Both the position numbers and the translations under genes were made by a program. Under the pieces are notes generated by a model that saw only the letters and a list, made by a program, of their open reading frames with translations, did no database searches and was not told where the DNA came from. From the NCBI GenBank assembly GCA_038087875.1, contig JAXLNO010000511.1, positions 62,001 to 126,000 on the forward strand: DNA of 64,000 bases. The letters are read 5' to 3'. Positions within the stretch are counted from its first letter, which is position 1, and each line of letters opens with the position of its first letter. This document shows positions 34,086 to 47,400 of the stretch, one piece after another. This DNA comes from Malacoraja senta. Lineage: Eukaryota.

Positions 34086-37000
34086 ATGGTGAATTTTTGT
34101 CGCTTTTCGCCGGCTGCATTTCCGTTGCTTTTCATGTTTTGTAGATTTTCGCATGCTGAATTTTCGTCACATTTCACGTGCTGAATTTTCTTGGCTTTTC
34201 ACGTTCTGAAATTTTGTCACTTTTCGCGTGCTGAATTTTTGTCGCTTTTCGCATCGTGAAGTTTCATCGCATTTCGCCTGCTGAATTTTCCTTACTTTTC
34301 GCGTGCTGAATTTTTGTCGCTTTTCGCAGGCTGAGGTTTTGTCACTTATTATGTGCTGTATTTTTGACACTTTTTGCATGCTGAATTTTCATCGCCTTTC
34401 GCGTGCTTCATTTTCATCGCCTTTTGCGTGCTTCATTTTTTTAATCAATTTTCGCATTCTGAATTTACGTCTCTTTTCGTGTGCTGAATTTTCGTCGCTT
34501 TTCACGTTCTGAAATTCCGTCACTTTTCGCGTGCTGAATTTTCGTCGCTTTTCGCGTGCTGAATTTTTGTCGCTTTTCGCATGCTGAATTTTCGTCGCTT
34601 TTCTCTTTCTGAAATTTCCTTACTTTTCGCGTGCTGAATTTAAGTCGCTTTTCGCGTCCTGGTTCATCACTTTTGTCATGCTGAGTTTTCATCACTTTTC
34701 GCAGGCTGAGTTTTCGTCGCTTTTCACGTGCTGAAGGTTCAGCATTTTTCACGTGCTGAATTTTCATCGCTTTTCGCTGGCTGAATTTTCGTCGCTTTTC
34801 ATGTACTTAAATTTTGTCGCTTTGCACGTGCAGAAATTTTCTTTGCTTTATGTGTCCCGATGTTTTGTTGCTTTTCATGTCCTGAATTTACGTTGCTTTT
34901 TGTGTGCTTCATTTTCATCACTTTTCGTGTGCTTCATTTTCATCAGTTTTCACATACTGAAGGTTCGTCGTTTTTAGCATGCTAAATTTTTGTCGCTTTT
35001 CCCATGATTCATTTTCATCGCTTTTCGCATCCTGAAGGTTCGTCGTTTTTAGCATGCAAAATTTTTGTCACTTTTCCCATGCTTCATTTTCATCACTTTG
35101 CGCGTCCTGAAGTTTCGTCACTTTTTGCATGCTCAAGTTTCGTCGCTTTTCGCATCCTGAAATTACTTTGCTTTGCGTGTGCTGAATTTTCGGCGCTTTT
35201 CGCGTGCTTCATTTTCATTACTTTTCGCAAACTGGTTCTTTGGTTTTACCACGCTAAATTTTCGTAGCTTTTCCCTAGCTTCATTTTCATCACTTTTCGC
35301 ATCCTGAAATTTCGTCACTTTTCGCGTCCTGAATTTACGTCGCTTTTCTTGTGCTAAATTTTCGTCGCTTTATGCATGCTTCATTTTCATCACTTTTCGC
35401 ATACTGAAAGTTCGTCGCATTTAGCATTCTAAATTTTCATCACTTTTCCCGTGCTTCATTTTCATCGCTTTCGCATCCTGAAGTTTCGTCCTGAATTTTG
35501 TCACTTTTCGCATACTGAAGTTTCGTCGCTTTTCGCATGCTGAATATTCGTCGCTTTTCACATGCTGAATTTTCACCGCCTTTCGCGTGCTTCATTTTCA
35601 TCACTTTTTGCATTCTGAAGTTTCGTCGCTTTTCGCATGCTGAAGTTTTGTCACTTTTTGCGTCCTGAATTTACGGCGCTTTTCGTGTGCTGAATTTTCG
35701 GCGCTTTTCGCGTGCTTCATTTTTTATCACTTTTCGCATAGTAAACGTTTTCATATGCTGAATTTTTATCGCTTTGCGCAGGCTGATATTTCGTCGATTT
35801 TCCCGTGCTTCAATTTCATCGCTTTTTGCCTCCTGAAGGTTCGTCACTTTTCGCGTGCTGAATTTTTGTCGCTTTTCGCAGGCTGAGTTTTTGTCGCTTT
35901 TTACGTGCTGTATTTTTGTCACTTTTTGCATGCTGAATTTTCGTCACCTTTCGCGTGCTTCATTTTCATCGCCTTTTGCGTGCTTCATTTTTTATCACTT
36001 TTCGCATCCTGAAGGTTCGTCGCTTTTCGCATGCTGAAGTTTCGTCAATTTTCGCGTTCTGAATTTACGTCGCTTTTGGTGTGCTGAATTTTCGTCACTT
36101 TTCACGTTCTGAAATTTCGTCACTTTTCGCATGCTGAATTTTCGTCGCTTTTCGCATGCTGAATTTTTGTCGCTTTTCACATGCTGAATTGTCGTCGCTT
36201 TTCCCGTGATGAATTTTCGTCGCTTTTCTCTTTCTGAAATGTCCTTACTTTTCGCGTGCTGAATTTTCGTCTCTTTTCTCTTTCTGAATTTTCATCACTT
36301 TTTGCAGGCTGAGTTTTCGTCGCTTTTCACGTGCTGAAGGTTCATCACCTTTGATGTGCTGAATTTTCATCGCTTTTCGCTGGCTGAATTTTCGTCGCTT
36401 TTCATGTACTGAAATTTTGTCGCTTTGCACGTGCTGAGATTTTCGGCGCTTTATGTGTCCCGATGTTTTGTTGCTTTTCATGTCCTGAATTTACGTCGCT
36501 TTTTGTGTGCTGAATTTTCATCGCCTTTTGCCTGCTGTATTTTTGTAGATTTTCGCATGCTGAATTTTCGTCACTTTTCGCGTGATGAAAGCTCGTCACT
36601 TTTCATGTGCTGAATTTTTATCGCTTTTCGCAGGCTGATTTTTCGTCGATTTACGCGTGCTTCATTTTCATCGCTTTTCGCGTCCTGAAGGTTCATCACT
36701 TTTCGCATGCTGAATTTTTGTCACTTTTCGCAGGCTGAGTTTTCGTCGCTTTTCGCGTGCTTTATTTTTGTCACTTTTCGTGGCTGAATTTTCGTCGTTT
36801 GCCTCGTTCTGAAATTTCGTCACTTTTCGCTTGCTGAATATTCATCCCTTTTCGCGTCCTGAAGGTTCGTCGCTTTCTGCATGCTGAAGTTTCGTCACTT
36901 TTCGCATGCTGAATTTTCGTCAATTTTCACGTTCTGAAATTTAGTCAATTTTCACGTGCTGAATTTTCATCGCTTTTCGCATGCTGAATTTTCGTCGCTT

Positions 37001-40000
37001 TTCCTATGCTTAATTTTCATCGCTTTTCACGTCCTGAAGGTTCATCACTTTTTGCGTGCTGAATTTTTGTCGCTTTTCGCATGCTGAATTGTCGTCGCTT
37101 TTCCCGTGATGAATTTTCGTCGCTTTTCTCTTTCCGAAATGTCCTTACTTTTCGCGTGCTGAATTTTCGTCTCTTTTCTCTTTCTGAATTTTCATTACTT
37201 TTTGCAGGCTGAGTTTTCGTCGCTTTTCACGTGCTGAAGGTTCATTATCTTTGATGTGCTGAATTTTCATTGCTTTTCGCTGGCTGAATTTTCGTCGCTT
37301 TTCATGTACTGAAATTTTGTCGCTTTGCACATGCTGAGATTTTCGGCGCTTTATGTGTCCCGATGTTTTGTTGCTTTTCACGTCCTGAATTTACGTCGCT
37401 TTTTGTGTGCTGAATTTTCATCGCTTTTTGCCTGCTGTATTTTTGTAGATTTTCGCATGCTGCATTTTCGTCACTTTTTGCGTGATGAAAGCTCGTCACT
37501 TTTCATGTGCTGAATTTTTATCGCTTTGCGCAGGCTGATTTTTCGTCGATTTTCGCGTGCTTCATTTTCATCGCTTTTCGCGTCCTGAAGGTTCATCACT
37601 TTTCGTGTGCTGAATTTTTGTCACTTTTCGCAGGCTGAGTTTTCGTTGCTTTTCGCGTGCTGTATTTTTGTCACTTTTCGCGGCTGAATTTTCGTCGATT
37701 GTCTCGTTCTGAAATTTCGTCACTTTTCGCTTGCTGAATATTCATCCCTTTTCGCGTCTTGAAGGGTCGTCGCTTTCCGCATGCTGAAGTTTCGTCAATT
37801 TTCGCATGCTGAATTTTCGTCGATTTTCACGTTCTGAAATTTAGTCACTTTTCGCGTGCTGAATTTTCGTCGCTTTTCGCATGCTGAATTTTTGTCGCTT
37901 TTCCCGTGCTTAATTTTCATCGCTTTTCACGTCCTGAAGGTTCGTCACTTTTTGAGTGCTGAATTTTCGTCACTTTTCGCGTGCTGAAATGTTGTCGCTT
38001 TTCGCAAGCTGAATTTTCATTGCTTTTCTCGTGCTTCATTTTCATTGCTTTTCGCGTCCTGAAGGTTCGTCACTTTTCGCGTGCTGATTTTTTGTCACTT
38101 TTCGCATGCTGAATTTTTGTCGATTTTCGTGTGCTGAATTTTCGTCGATTTTCGCATCCTGAAGATTCGTCGCATTTCACCTGCTGAATTGTCCTCAATT
38201 TTCGTGTGCAGAATTTTGGTCGATTTTCGTGTCCTGAAAGTTCGTCACTTTTCATGTGCTGAATTTTTATTGCTTTTCGCATGCTGAATTTTCGTCGCCT
38301 TTCGCATGCTTCATTTTCATCACCTTTCACGAGCTTCATTTTCATCGCCTTTCATGTGCTTCATTTTCATGAAGGTTCGTCGCTTTTCGCATGCTGAAGT
38401 TTCGTTACTTTTCGCGTCCTGAATTTACGTCGCTTTTCGTGTGCTGAATTTTCATCACTTTTGACGTTCTGAAATTTCGTCACTTCTCGCATGCTGAATT
38501 TTCGTCGCGTTTAGCGTGCCGAATTTTTGTCGCTTTTCGCAGGCTGAGTTTTTGTCGCTTTTCACGTGCTGTATTTTTGTCACTTCGCGACCTGAATTTA
38601 CGTCGCTTTTCGTGTGCTGAATTTTCATCGCTTTTCGTGTGCTTCATTTTCATCACTTTTCACATGGTTCATTGCTTTTAGCATGGTAAATTTTCGTCGC
38701 TTTTCCTGTACTTCATTGTCATCGCTTTTTGCATCATGAGGGTTCGTCGCTTTTCACATGCTGAATTTTCGTCGATTTTCGCATGCTGAATTTTCGTCGC
38801 TTTTCGCGTGCTGAATTTTTGTCGCTTTTCTCTTTCTGAAATTTCGTCACTTTTCGCGTGCTGAATTTTCGTCGCTTTTCATGTGCTGAAATTTTGTCGA
38901 TTTGCACGTGCTGAGATTTGCGTCGCTTTATGTGTCCCGATGTTTTGTTGCTTTTCACGTCCTGAATTTACATTGATTTGTGTGTGAAGAATTTTCATCG
39001 CTTTTTGAATGCTGTATTTTTTTGTAGATGTTCGCATGCTAAATTTTCGTCACTTTTCGCGTGCTGAATTTTCGTCGCTTTTCACGGTCTGAAATTTCAT
39101 CACTTTTTGCATGCTGAATTTTCGTCGCTTTTTGCGTGCTGAATTTTTGTCACTTTTTGCGTGTTGAATTTTCGTCGATTTTCATGTCCTGAAAGCTCTT
39201 CACTTTTCATATGCTGAATTTTTATTGCTTTGCGCAGGCTGATATTTCGTCGATTTTCCCGTGCTTCAATTTCATCACTTTTCACATCCTGGTTCATCAC
39301 TTTTCGCGTGCTGAATTTTTGTCACTTTACGCAGGCTGAATTTTCGTCGCGTTTCACGTGCTTCATTTTCATCGCCTTTCGCGTGCTTCATCTTCATCAC
39401 TTTGCGCGTCCTGAAGTTTCGTCACTTTTCGCATCCTGAAATTACTTTGCTTAGCGTGTGCTGAATTTTCATCGCTTTTCGCGTGATTCATTTTCATTAC
39501 TTTTCGCATACTGGTTCGTTGCTTTTAACATGCTAAATTTTCGTAGCTTTTCACTAGCTTCATTTTCATCGCTTTTTGCATCCTGAAATTTCGTCGCTTT
39601 TCGCGTCCTGAATTTACATCGCTTTTCGCGTACTTCATTTTCATCACTTTTTTCGTGATTCATTTTCATCGCTTTCGCATCCTGAAGGTTCCTCGCTTTT
39701 CGCGTGCTGAATTTTTGTCACTTTTCACAGGCTGAATTTTCGTCGCTTTTCGCATCGTGAAGATTCGTCGCATTTCGCCTGCTGAATTTTCCTCACTTCG
39801 CGTGCTTCATTTTTATCACTTTTCGCATCCTGAAGGTTCGTCACTTTTCACATGCTTAAGTTTCGTCAATTTTCGCGTGCTGAATTTACATCACTTTTCG
39901 TGTGCTGAATTTTCGTCGCTTTTCACGTTCTGAAATTTCGTCACTTTTCGCGTGTTGAATTTTCGTCGCTTTTCGCGTGCTGAATTTTTGTCGCTTTTCG

Positions 40001-41449
40001 CATGCTAAATTGTCGTCGCTTTTCCTGTGTTGAATTTTCGTCGCTTTTCTCTTTCTGAAATTTGCTTACTTTTCGCCTGCGGAATTTAAGTCGCTTTTCG
40101 CGTCCTGGTTCATCACTTTTGTCGTGCTGAGTTTTCATCACTTTTCGCAGGCTGAGTTTTCGTCGCTTTTCACGTGCTGAAGGTTCATAATTTTTGACGT
40201 GCTGAATTTTCGTCGCTTTACATGTACTTAAATTTTGTCGCTTTGCACGTGCTGAAATTTTCTTCACTTTACGTGTCCCGATGTTTTGTTGCTTTTCATG
40301 TCCTGAATTTACGTTGCTTTTTGTGTGCTGAATTTTCATCGCTTTTTGCATGCTGTATTTTTGTAGATTTTCGCATGCTGAATTTTCGTCACTTTTTGCG
40401 TGCTGAAAGCTCGTCACTTTTCATGTGCTGAATTTTTATCGCTTTGCGCAGGCTGAATTTTCGTCGATTTTCCCGTGCTTCATTTTCATCGCTTTTCGTG
40501 TCCTGAAGGTTTGTCGTTTTTCGCATGCTGAAGTTTCGTCAACTTTCGCGTCCTGAATTTACGTCGCTTTTTGTGTGCTGAATTTTCGTCGCTTTTCACA
40601 TTCTGAAATTTCATCACTTTTAGCATGCTGAATTTTCGTCGCTTTTCGCATGATGATTTTTTGTCGCTTTTCGCATGCTGAATTGTCGTCGCTTTTGCCG
40701 TGCAGAATTTTCGTCGATTTTCTCTTTCTGAAATTTCCTTACTTTTCGCGTGCTGAATTTATGTCGCTTTTCGCGTCCTGGTTCATCACTTTTGTCCTGC
40801 TGAATTTTCATCACTTTTCGCAGGCTGAGTTTTCGTCGCTTTTCACGTGCTGAAGGTTCATCATTTTTGACGTGCTGAATTCTCATCGCTTTTCGCTGGC
40901 TGAATATTCGTCGCTTTTCATGTACTTAAATATTGTCGCTTTGCACGTGCTGAGATTTTCGTCGCTTTATGTGTCCCGATGTTTTGTTGCTTTCCATGTC
41001 CTGAATTTACGTCGCTTTTTGTGTGCTGAATTTTCATCGCTTTTTGCATGCTGTATTTTTGTAGATTTTTGCATGTTGAATTCTCGTCACTTTTCGCGTG
41101 CTGAAAGCTCGTCACTTCTCATGTGCTGAATTTTTATCGATTTGCACAGGCAGATTTTTCGTTGATTTCCCCGTGCTTCATTTTCATCGCTTTTCGCGTC
41201 CTGAAGGTTCATCACTTTTCGAATGCTTAATTTTTGTCACTTTTCGAATGCTGAATTTTCGTCGCCTTTCACATGCTTCATTTTCATCACTTTTCGTGTG
41301 CTTCATTTTCATCACTTTTCGCATACTGAAGGTTCGTCGTTTTTAGCATGCTAAGTTTTTGTCGCTTTTCCCATGCTTCATTTTCATCGCTTTTTGCATC
41401 CTGAAGGTTCGTCGCTTTTTACATGCTGAATGTTCGTCGATTTTCGCAT

Positions 41450-44400
41450 GCTGAATTTTCGGCGCGTTTTGCGGGTTGAATTTTTGTCGCTTTTCTCATT
41501 CTGAAATTTCATCACTTTTCGCATGCTGAATTATCGTAGCTTTTCACGTGCTGAAGGTTCATTTTTGACGTGCTGAATTTTCATCACCTTTCGCAGGCTG
41601 AAATTTCGTCGCTTTTCATGTGCTGAAATTTTGTCGCTTTGCACGTGCTGAGATTTGCGTCGCTTTATGTCCCGATGTTTTGTTGCTTTTTGCGTCCTGA
41701 ATTTACATTGATTTTTGTGTGCTGAATTTTCATCGCTTTTTGAATGCTGTATTGTTGTAGATTTTTGCATGCTAAATTTTCGTCACTTTTCACGTGCTGA
41801 ATTTTCATCGCTTTTCGCTGGCTGAATTTTCGTCGCTTTTCATGTACTTAAATATTGTCGCTTTGCACGTGCTGAGATTTTCATCGCTTTATGTGTCCCG
41901 CTGTGTTGTTGCTTTCCATGTCCTGAATTTACGTCGCTTTTTGTGTGCTGAATTTTCATCGCTTTTTGCATGCTGTATTTTTGTAGATTTTCGCATGCTG
42001 AATTCTCGTCACTTTTCGCGTGCTGAAAGCTTGTCACTTCTGATGTGCTGAATTTTTATCGCTTTGCACAGGCAGATTTTTCGTTGATTTCCCCGTGCTT
42101 CATTTTCATCGCTTTTCGCGTCCTGAAGGTTCATCACTTTTTGCATGCTTAATTTTTGTCACTTTTCGAATGCTGAATTTTCGTCGCCTTTCACATGCTT
42201 CATTTTCATCACTTTTCGTGTGCTTCATTTTCATCACTTTTCGCATACTGAAGGTTCGTCGTTTTTAGCATGCTCAATTCATGTCGCTTTTCCCATGCTT
42301 CATTTTCATCGCTTTTCGCATCCTGAAGGTTCGTCGCTTTTTACATGCTGAATGTTCGGCGATTTTCGCATGCTGAATTTTCGGCGCTTTTTGCGGGTTG
42401 AATTTTTGTCGCTTTTCTCGTTCTGAAATTTCATCACTTTTCGAATGCTGAATTATCGTAGCTTTTCACGTGCTGAAGGTTCATTTTTGACGTGCTGAAT
42501 TTTCATCACCTTTCGCAGGCTGAAATTTCGTCGCTTTTCATGTGCTGAAATTTTGTCGCTTTGCACGTGCTGAGATTTGCGTCGCTTTATGTGTCCCGAT
42601 GTTTTGTTGCTTTTCGCGTCCTGAATTTACATTGATTTTTGTGTGCTGAATTTTCATCGCTTTTTGAATGCTGTATTGTTGTAGATTTTTGCATGCTAAA
42701 TTTTCGTCACTTTTCACGTGCTGAATTTTCGTCGCTTTTCATGTTCTGAAATTTCATCACTTTTTGCATGCTGAATTTTCGTTGCTTTTTGCGTGCTGAA
42801 TTTTTGTTGCTTTTCGCATCCTGAATATTCGTTGCATTTCGCCTGCTGAATTTTCCTCACTTTTCGCGTGCTATATTTTCATCGATTTTCGTGTCCTGAA
42901 AGCTCTTCACTTTTCATGTGCTGAATTTTTATCACTTTGCGCAGGCTGATATTTCGTCGATTTTCCTGTGCTTCAATTTCATCGTTTTTTTGCATCCTGA
43001 AGGTTCGTCACTTTTCACGTGCTGAATTTTTGTCACTTTATGCATGCTGAATTTTCGTCGCCTTTCACGTGCTTCATTTTCATCGCTTTTCGCGTGCTTC
43101 ATTTTCATTACTTTTCGCATACTGGTTCTTTGCTTTTACCATGCTAAATTTTCATAGCTTTTCCCTAGCTTCATTTTCATAACTTTTCGCATCCTGAAAT
43201 TTCGTCGCTTTTCGCGTCCTGAATTTACGTAGCTTTTCGTGTGCTGAATTTTCGTCTCTTTCTGCGTGCTTCATTTTCATCACTTTTCGCATACTGAAAG
43301 TTCGTCGCTTTTAGCATTCTAAATTTTCGTCACTTTCCTGTGCTTCACTTTCATCGCTTTCGCATCCTGAACGTTCGTCGCTTTTCACGTGCTGTATTTT
43401 CACTTTTTGCATGCTGAATATTCGTCGCTTTTCGCGTGCTTAATTTTTGTTGCTTTTCGCAATCTGAATTTTCATCGCATTTACTGTGCTTCATTTTCAT
43501 CACTTTTCACATCCTGAAGTTTCGTCGCTTATCGTGTCCTGAATTTACTTCGCTTTTCGTGTGCTGAATTTCCATCGCTTTTTGCGAGCTTCATTTTCAT
43601 CACTTCTCGCGTGCTTCATTTTCATCACTTTTCGCATAATGAAGGTTCGTCGCTTTTGCCATGCTAAATATTCGTTGCTTTTCCCGTGCTTCATTTTCAT
43701 CGATTTTCGCTTCCTGAAGTTTCGTCGCTTTTCGCGTCCTGAATTTTCGTCACTTTTCATGTGCTGAAAGCTTGTCACTTTTCATGCGCTGAATTTTTAT
43801 TGCTTTCCACAGGCAGATTTTTCGTCGATTTCCCCATGCTTCATTTTCATCGCTTTTCGCGTCCTGAAGGTTCGTCGCTTTTTACATGCTGAATTTTCGT
43901 CGATTTTCGCATGCTGAATTTTTGGCGTTTTTCGCGTGTTGAATTTTTGTCACTTTTCTCGTTCTGAAATGTCATCACTTTTCGCGTGCTGAATTATTGT
44001 AGCTTTTCACGTGCTGAAGGTTCATCATTTTTGACGTGCTGAATTTTCATCGCCTTTCGCTGGGTGAGATTTGCGTCGCTTTTCATGTGCTGAAATTTTG
44101 TCGCTTTTCATGTCCTGAATTTACATTGATTTTTGTGTGCTGAATTGTCATCGCTTTTTGAATGCTGTATTTTTGTAGATTTTCGCATGCTAAATTTTCG
44201 TCACTTTTCGCGTGCTGAAAGCTCGTCACTTTTCATGTGCTGAATTTTTATCGCTTTGCGCAGGCTGATTTTTCGTCGATTTTCACGTGCTTCATTTTCA
44301 TCGCTTTTCGTGTCCTGAAGGTTTGTCGCTTTTCGCATGCTGAAGTTTCGTCAATTTTCGCATCCTGAATTTACGTCGCTTTTTGTGTGCTGAATTTTCG

Positions 44401-47400
44401 TCGCTTTTCACATTCTGAAATTTCGTCACTTTGAGCATGCTGAATTTTCGTCGCTTTTCGCGTGATGATTTTTTGTTGCTTTTCGCATGCTGAATTGTCG
44501 TCGCTTTTCCCGTGCTGAATTTTCGTCGATTTTCTCTTTCTGAAATTTCCTTACTTTTCGCGTGCTGAATTTACGTCGCTTTTCGCGTCCTGGTTCATCA
44601 CTTTTGTCCTGCTGAATTTTCATCACTTTTCGCAGGCTGAGCTTTCGTCGCTTTTCACGTGCTGAAGGTTCATCATTTTTGACATGCTGAATTCTCATCG
44701 CTTTTCGCTGGCTAAATTTTCGTCGCTTTTCATGTACTTAAATATTGTTGCTTTGCACGTGCTGAGATTTTCATCGCTTTATGTGTCCCGATGTTTTGTT
44801 GCTTTCCATGTCCTGAATTTACGTCGCTTTTTGTGTGCTGAATTTTCATCGCTTTTTGCATGCTGTATTTTTGTAGATTTTCGCATGCTGAATTCTCGTC
44901 ACTTTTCGCGTGCTGAAAGCTTGTCACTTCTGATGTGCTGCATTTTTATCGCTTTGCACAGGCAGATTTTTCGTTGATTTCCCCGTGCTTCATTTTCATC
45001 GCTTTTCGCGTCCTGAAGGTTCATCACTTTTTGCATGCTTAATTTTTGTCACTTTTCGAATGCTGAATTTTCGTCGCCTTTCACATGCTTCATTTTCATC
45101 ACTTTTCGTGTGCTTCATTTTCATCACTTTTCGCATACTGAAGGTTCGTCGTTTTTAGCATGCTCAATTCATGTCGCTTTTCCCATGCTTCATTTTCATC
45201 GCTGTTCGCATCCTGAAGGTTCGTCGCTTTTTCCATGCTGAATGTTCGTCGATTTTCGCATGCTGAATTTTCGGCGCGTTTTGCGGGTTGAATTTTTGTC
45301 GCTTTTCTCATTCTGAAATTTCATCACTTTTCGCATGCTGAATTATCGTAGCTTTTCACGTGCTGAAGGTTCATTTTTGACGTGCTGAATTTTCATCACC
45401 TTTCGCAGGCTGAAATTTCGTCGCTTTTCATGTGCTGAAATTTTGTCGCTTTGCACGTGCTGAGATTTGCGTCGCTTTATGTCCCGATGTTTTGTTGCTT
45501 TTTGCGTCCTGAATTTACATTGATTTTTGTGTGCTGAATTTTCATCGCTTTTTGAATGCTGTATTGTTGTAGATTTTTGCATGCTAAATTTTCGTCACTT
45601 TTCACGTGCTGAATTTTCATCGCTTTTCGCTGGCTGAATTTTCGTCGCTTTTCATGTACTTAAATATTGTCGCTTTGCACGTGCTGAGATTTTCATCGCT
45701 TTATGTGTCCCGCTGTGTTGTTGCTTTCCATGTCCTGAATTTACGTCGCTTTTTGTGTGCTGAATTTTCATCGCTTTTTGCATGCTGTATTTTTGTAGAT
45801 TTTCGCATGCTGAATTCTCGTCACTTTTCGCGTGCTGAAAGCTTGTCACTTCTGATGTGCTGAATTTTTATCGCTTTGCACAGGCAGATTTTTCGTTGAT
45901 TTCCCCGTGCTTCATTTTCATCGCTTTTCGCGTCCTGAAGGTTCATCACTTTTTGCATGCTTAATTTTTGTCACTTTTCGAATGCTGAATTTTCGTCGCC
46001 TTTCACATGCTTCATTTTCATCACTTTTCGTGTGCTTCATTTTCATCACTTTTCGCATACTGAAGGTTCGTCGTTTTTAGCATGCTCAATTCATGTCGCT
46101 TTTCCCATGCTTCATTTTCATCGCTTTTCGCATCCTGAAGGTTCGTCGCTTTTTACATGCTGAATGTTCGGCGATTTTCGCATGCTGAATTTTCGGCGCT
46201 TTTTGCGGGTTGAATTTTTGTCGCTTTTCTCGTTCTGAAATTTCATCACTTTTCGAATGCTGAATTATCGTAGCTTTTCACGTGCTGAAGGTTCATTTTT
46301 GACGTGCTGAATTTTCATCACCTTTCGCAGGCTGAAATTTCGTCGCTTTTCATGTGCTGAAATTTTGTCGCTTTGCACGTGCTGAGATTTGCGTCGCTTT
46401 ATGTGTCCCGATGTTTTGTTGCTTTTCGCGTCCTGAATTTACATTGATTTTTGTGTGCTGAATTTTCATCGCTTTTTGAATGCTGTATTGTTGTAGATTT
46501 TTGCATGCTAAATTTTCGTCACTTTTCACGTGCTGAATTTTCGTCGCTTTTCATGTTCTGAAATTTCATCACTTTTTGCATGCTGAATTTTCGTTGCTTT
46601 TTGCGTGCTGAATTTTTGTTGCTTTTCGCATCCTGAATATTCGTTGCATTTCGCCTGCTGAATTTTCCTCACTTTTCGCGTGCTATATTTTCATCGATTT
46701 TCGTGTCCTGAAAGCTCTTCACTTTTCATGTGCTGAATTTTTATCACTTTGCGCAGGCTGATATTTCGTCGATTTTCCTGTGCTTCAATTTCATCGTTTT
46801 TTTGCATCCTGAAGGTTCGTCACTTTTCACGTGCTGAATTTTTGTCACTTTATGCATGCTGAATTTTCGTCGCCTTTCACGTGCTTCATTTTCATCGCTT
46901 TTCGCGTGCTTCATTTTCATTACTTTTCGCATACTGGTTCTTTGCTTTTACCATGCTAAATTTTCATAGCTTTTCCCTAGCTTCATTTTCATAACTTTTC
47001 GCATCCTGAAATTTCGTCGCTTTTCGCGTCCTGAATTTACGTAGCTTTTCGTGTGCTGAATTTTCGTCTCTTTCTGCGTGCTTCATTTTCATCACTTTTC
47101 GCATACTGAAAGTTCGTCGCTTTTAGCATTCTAAATTTTCGTCACTTTCCTGTGCTTCACTTTCATCGCTTTCGCATCCTGAACGTTCGTCGCTTTTCAC
47201 GTGCTGTATTTTCACTTTTTGCATGCTGAATATTCGTCGCTTTTCGCGTGCTTAATTTTTGTTGCTTTTCGCAATCTGAATTTTCATCGCATTTACTGTG
47301 CTTCATTTTCATCACTTTTCACATCCTGAAGTTTCGTCGCTTATCGTGTCCTGAATTTACTTCGCTTTTCGTGTGCTGAATTTCCATCGCTTTTTGCGAG

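Larger units (their letters stand above)
4588..35843 (+). repeat. Macro-repeat unit 1 (31,256 bp; satellite plus the L1/CR1 composite)
   Basis: 4588 to ~10190 recurs at offset 31,256 (ORFs 4599/35855, 4989/36245, 7478/38734, 8685/39941, 9842/41098). 10529-20150 recurs at offset 43,850. Confidence 0.8.
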
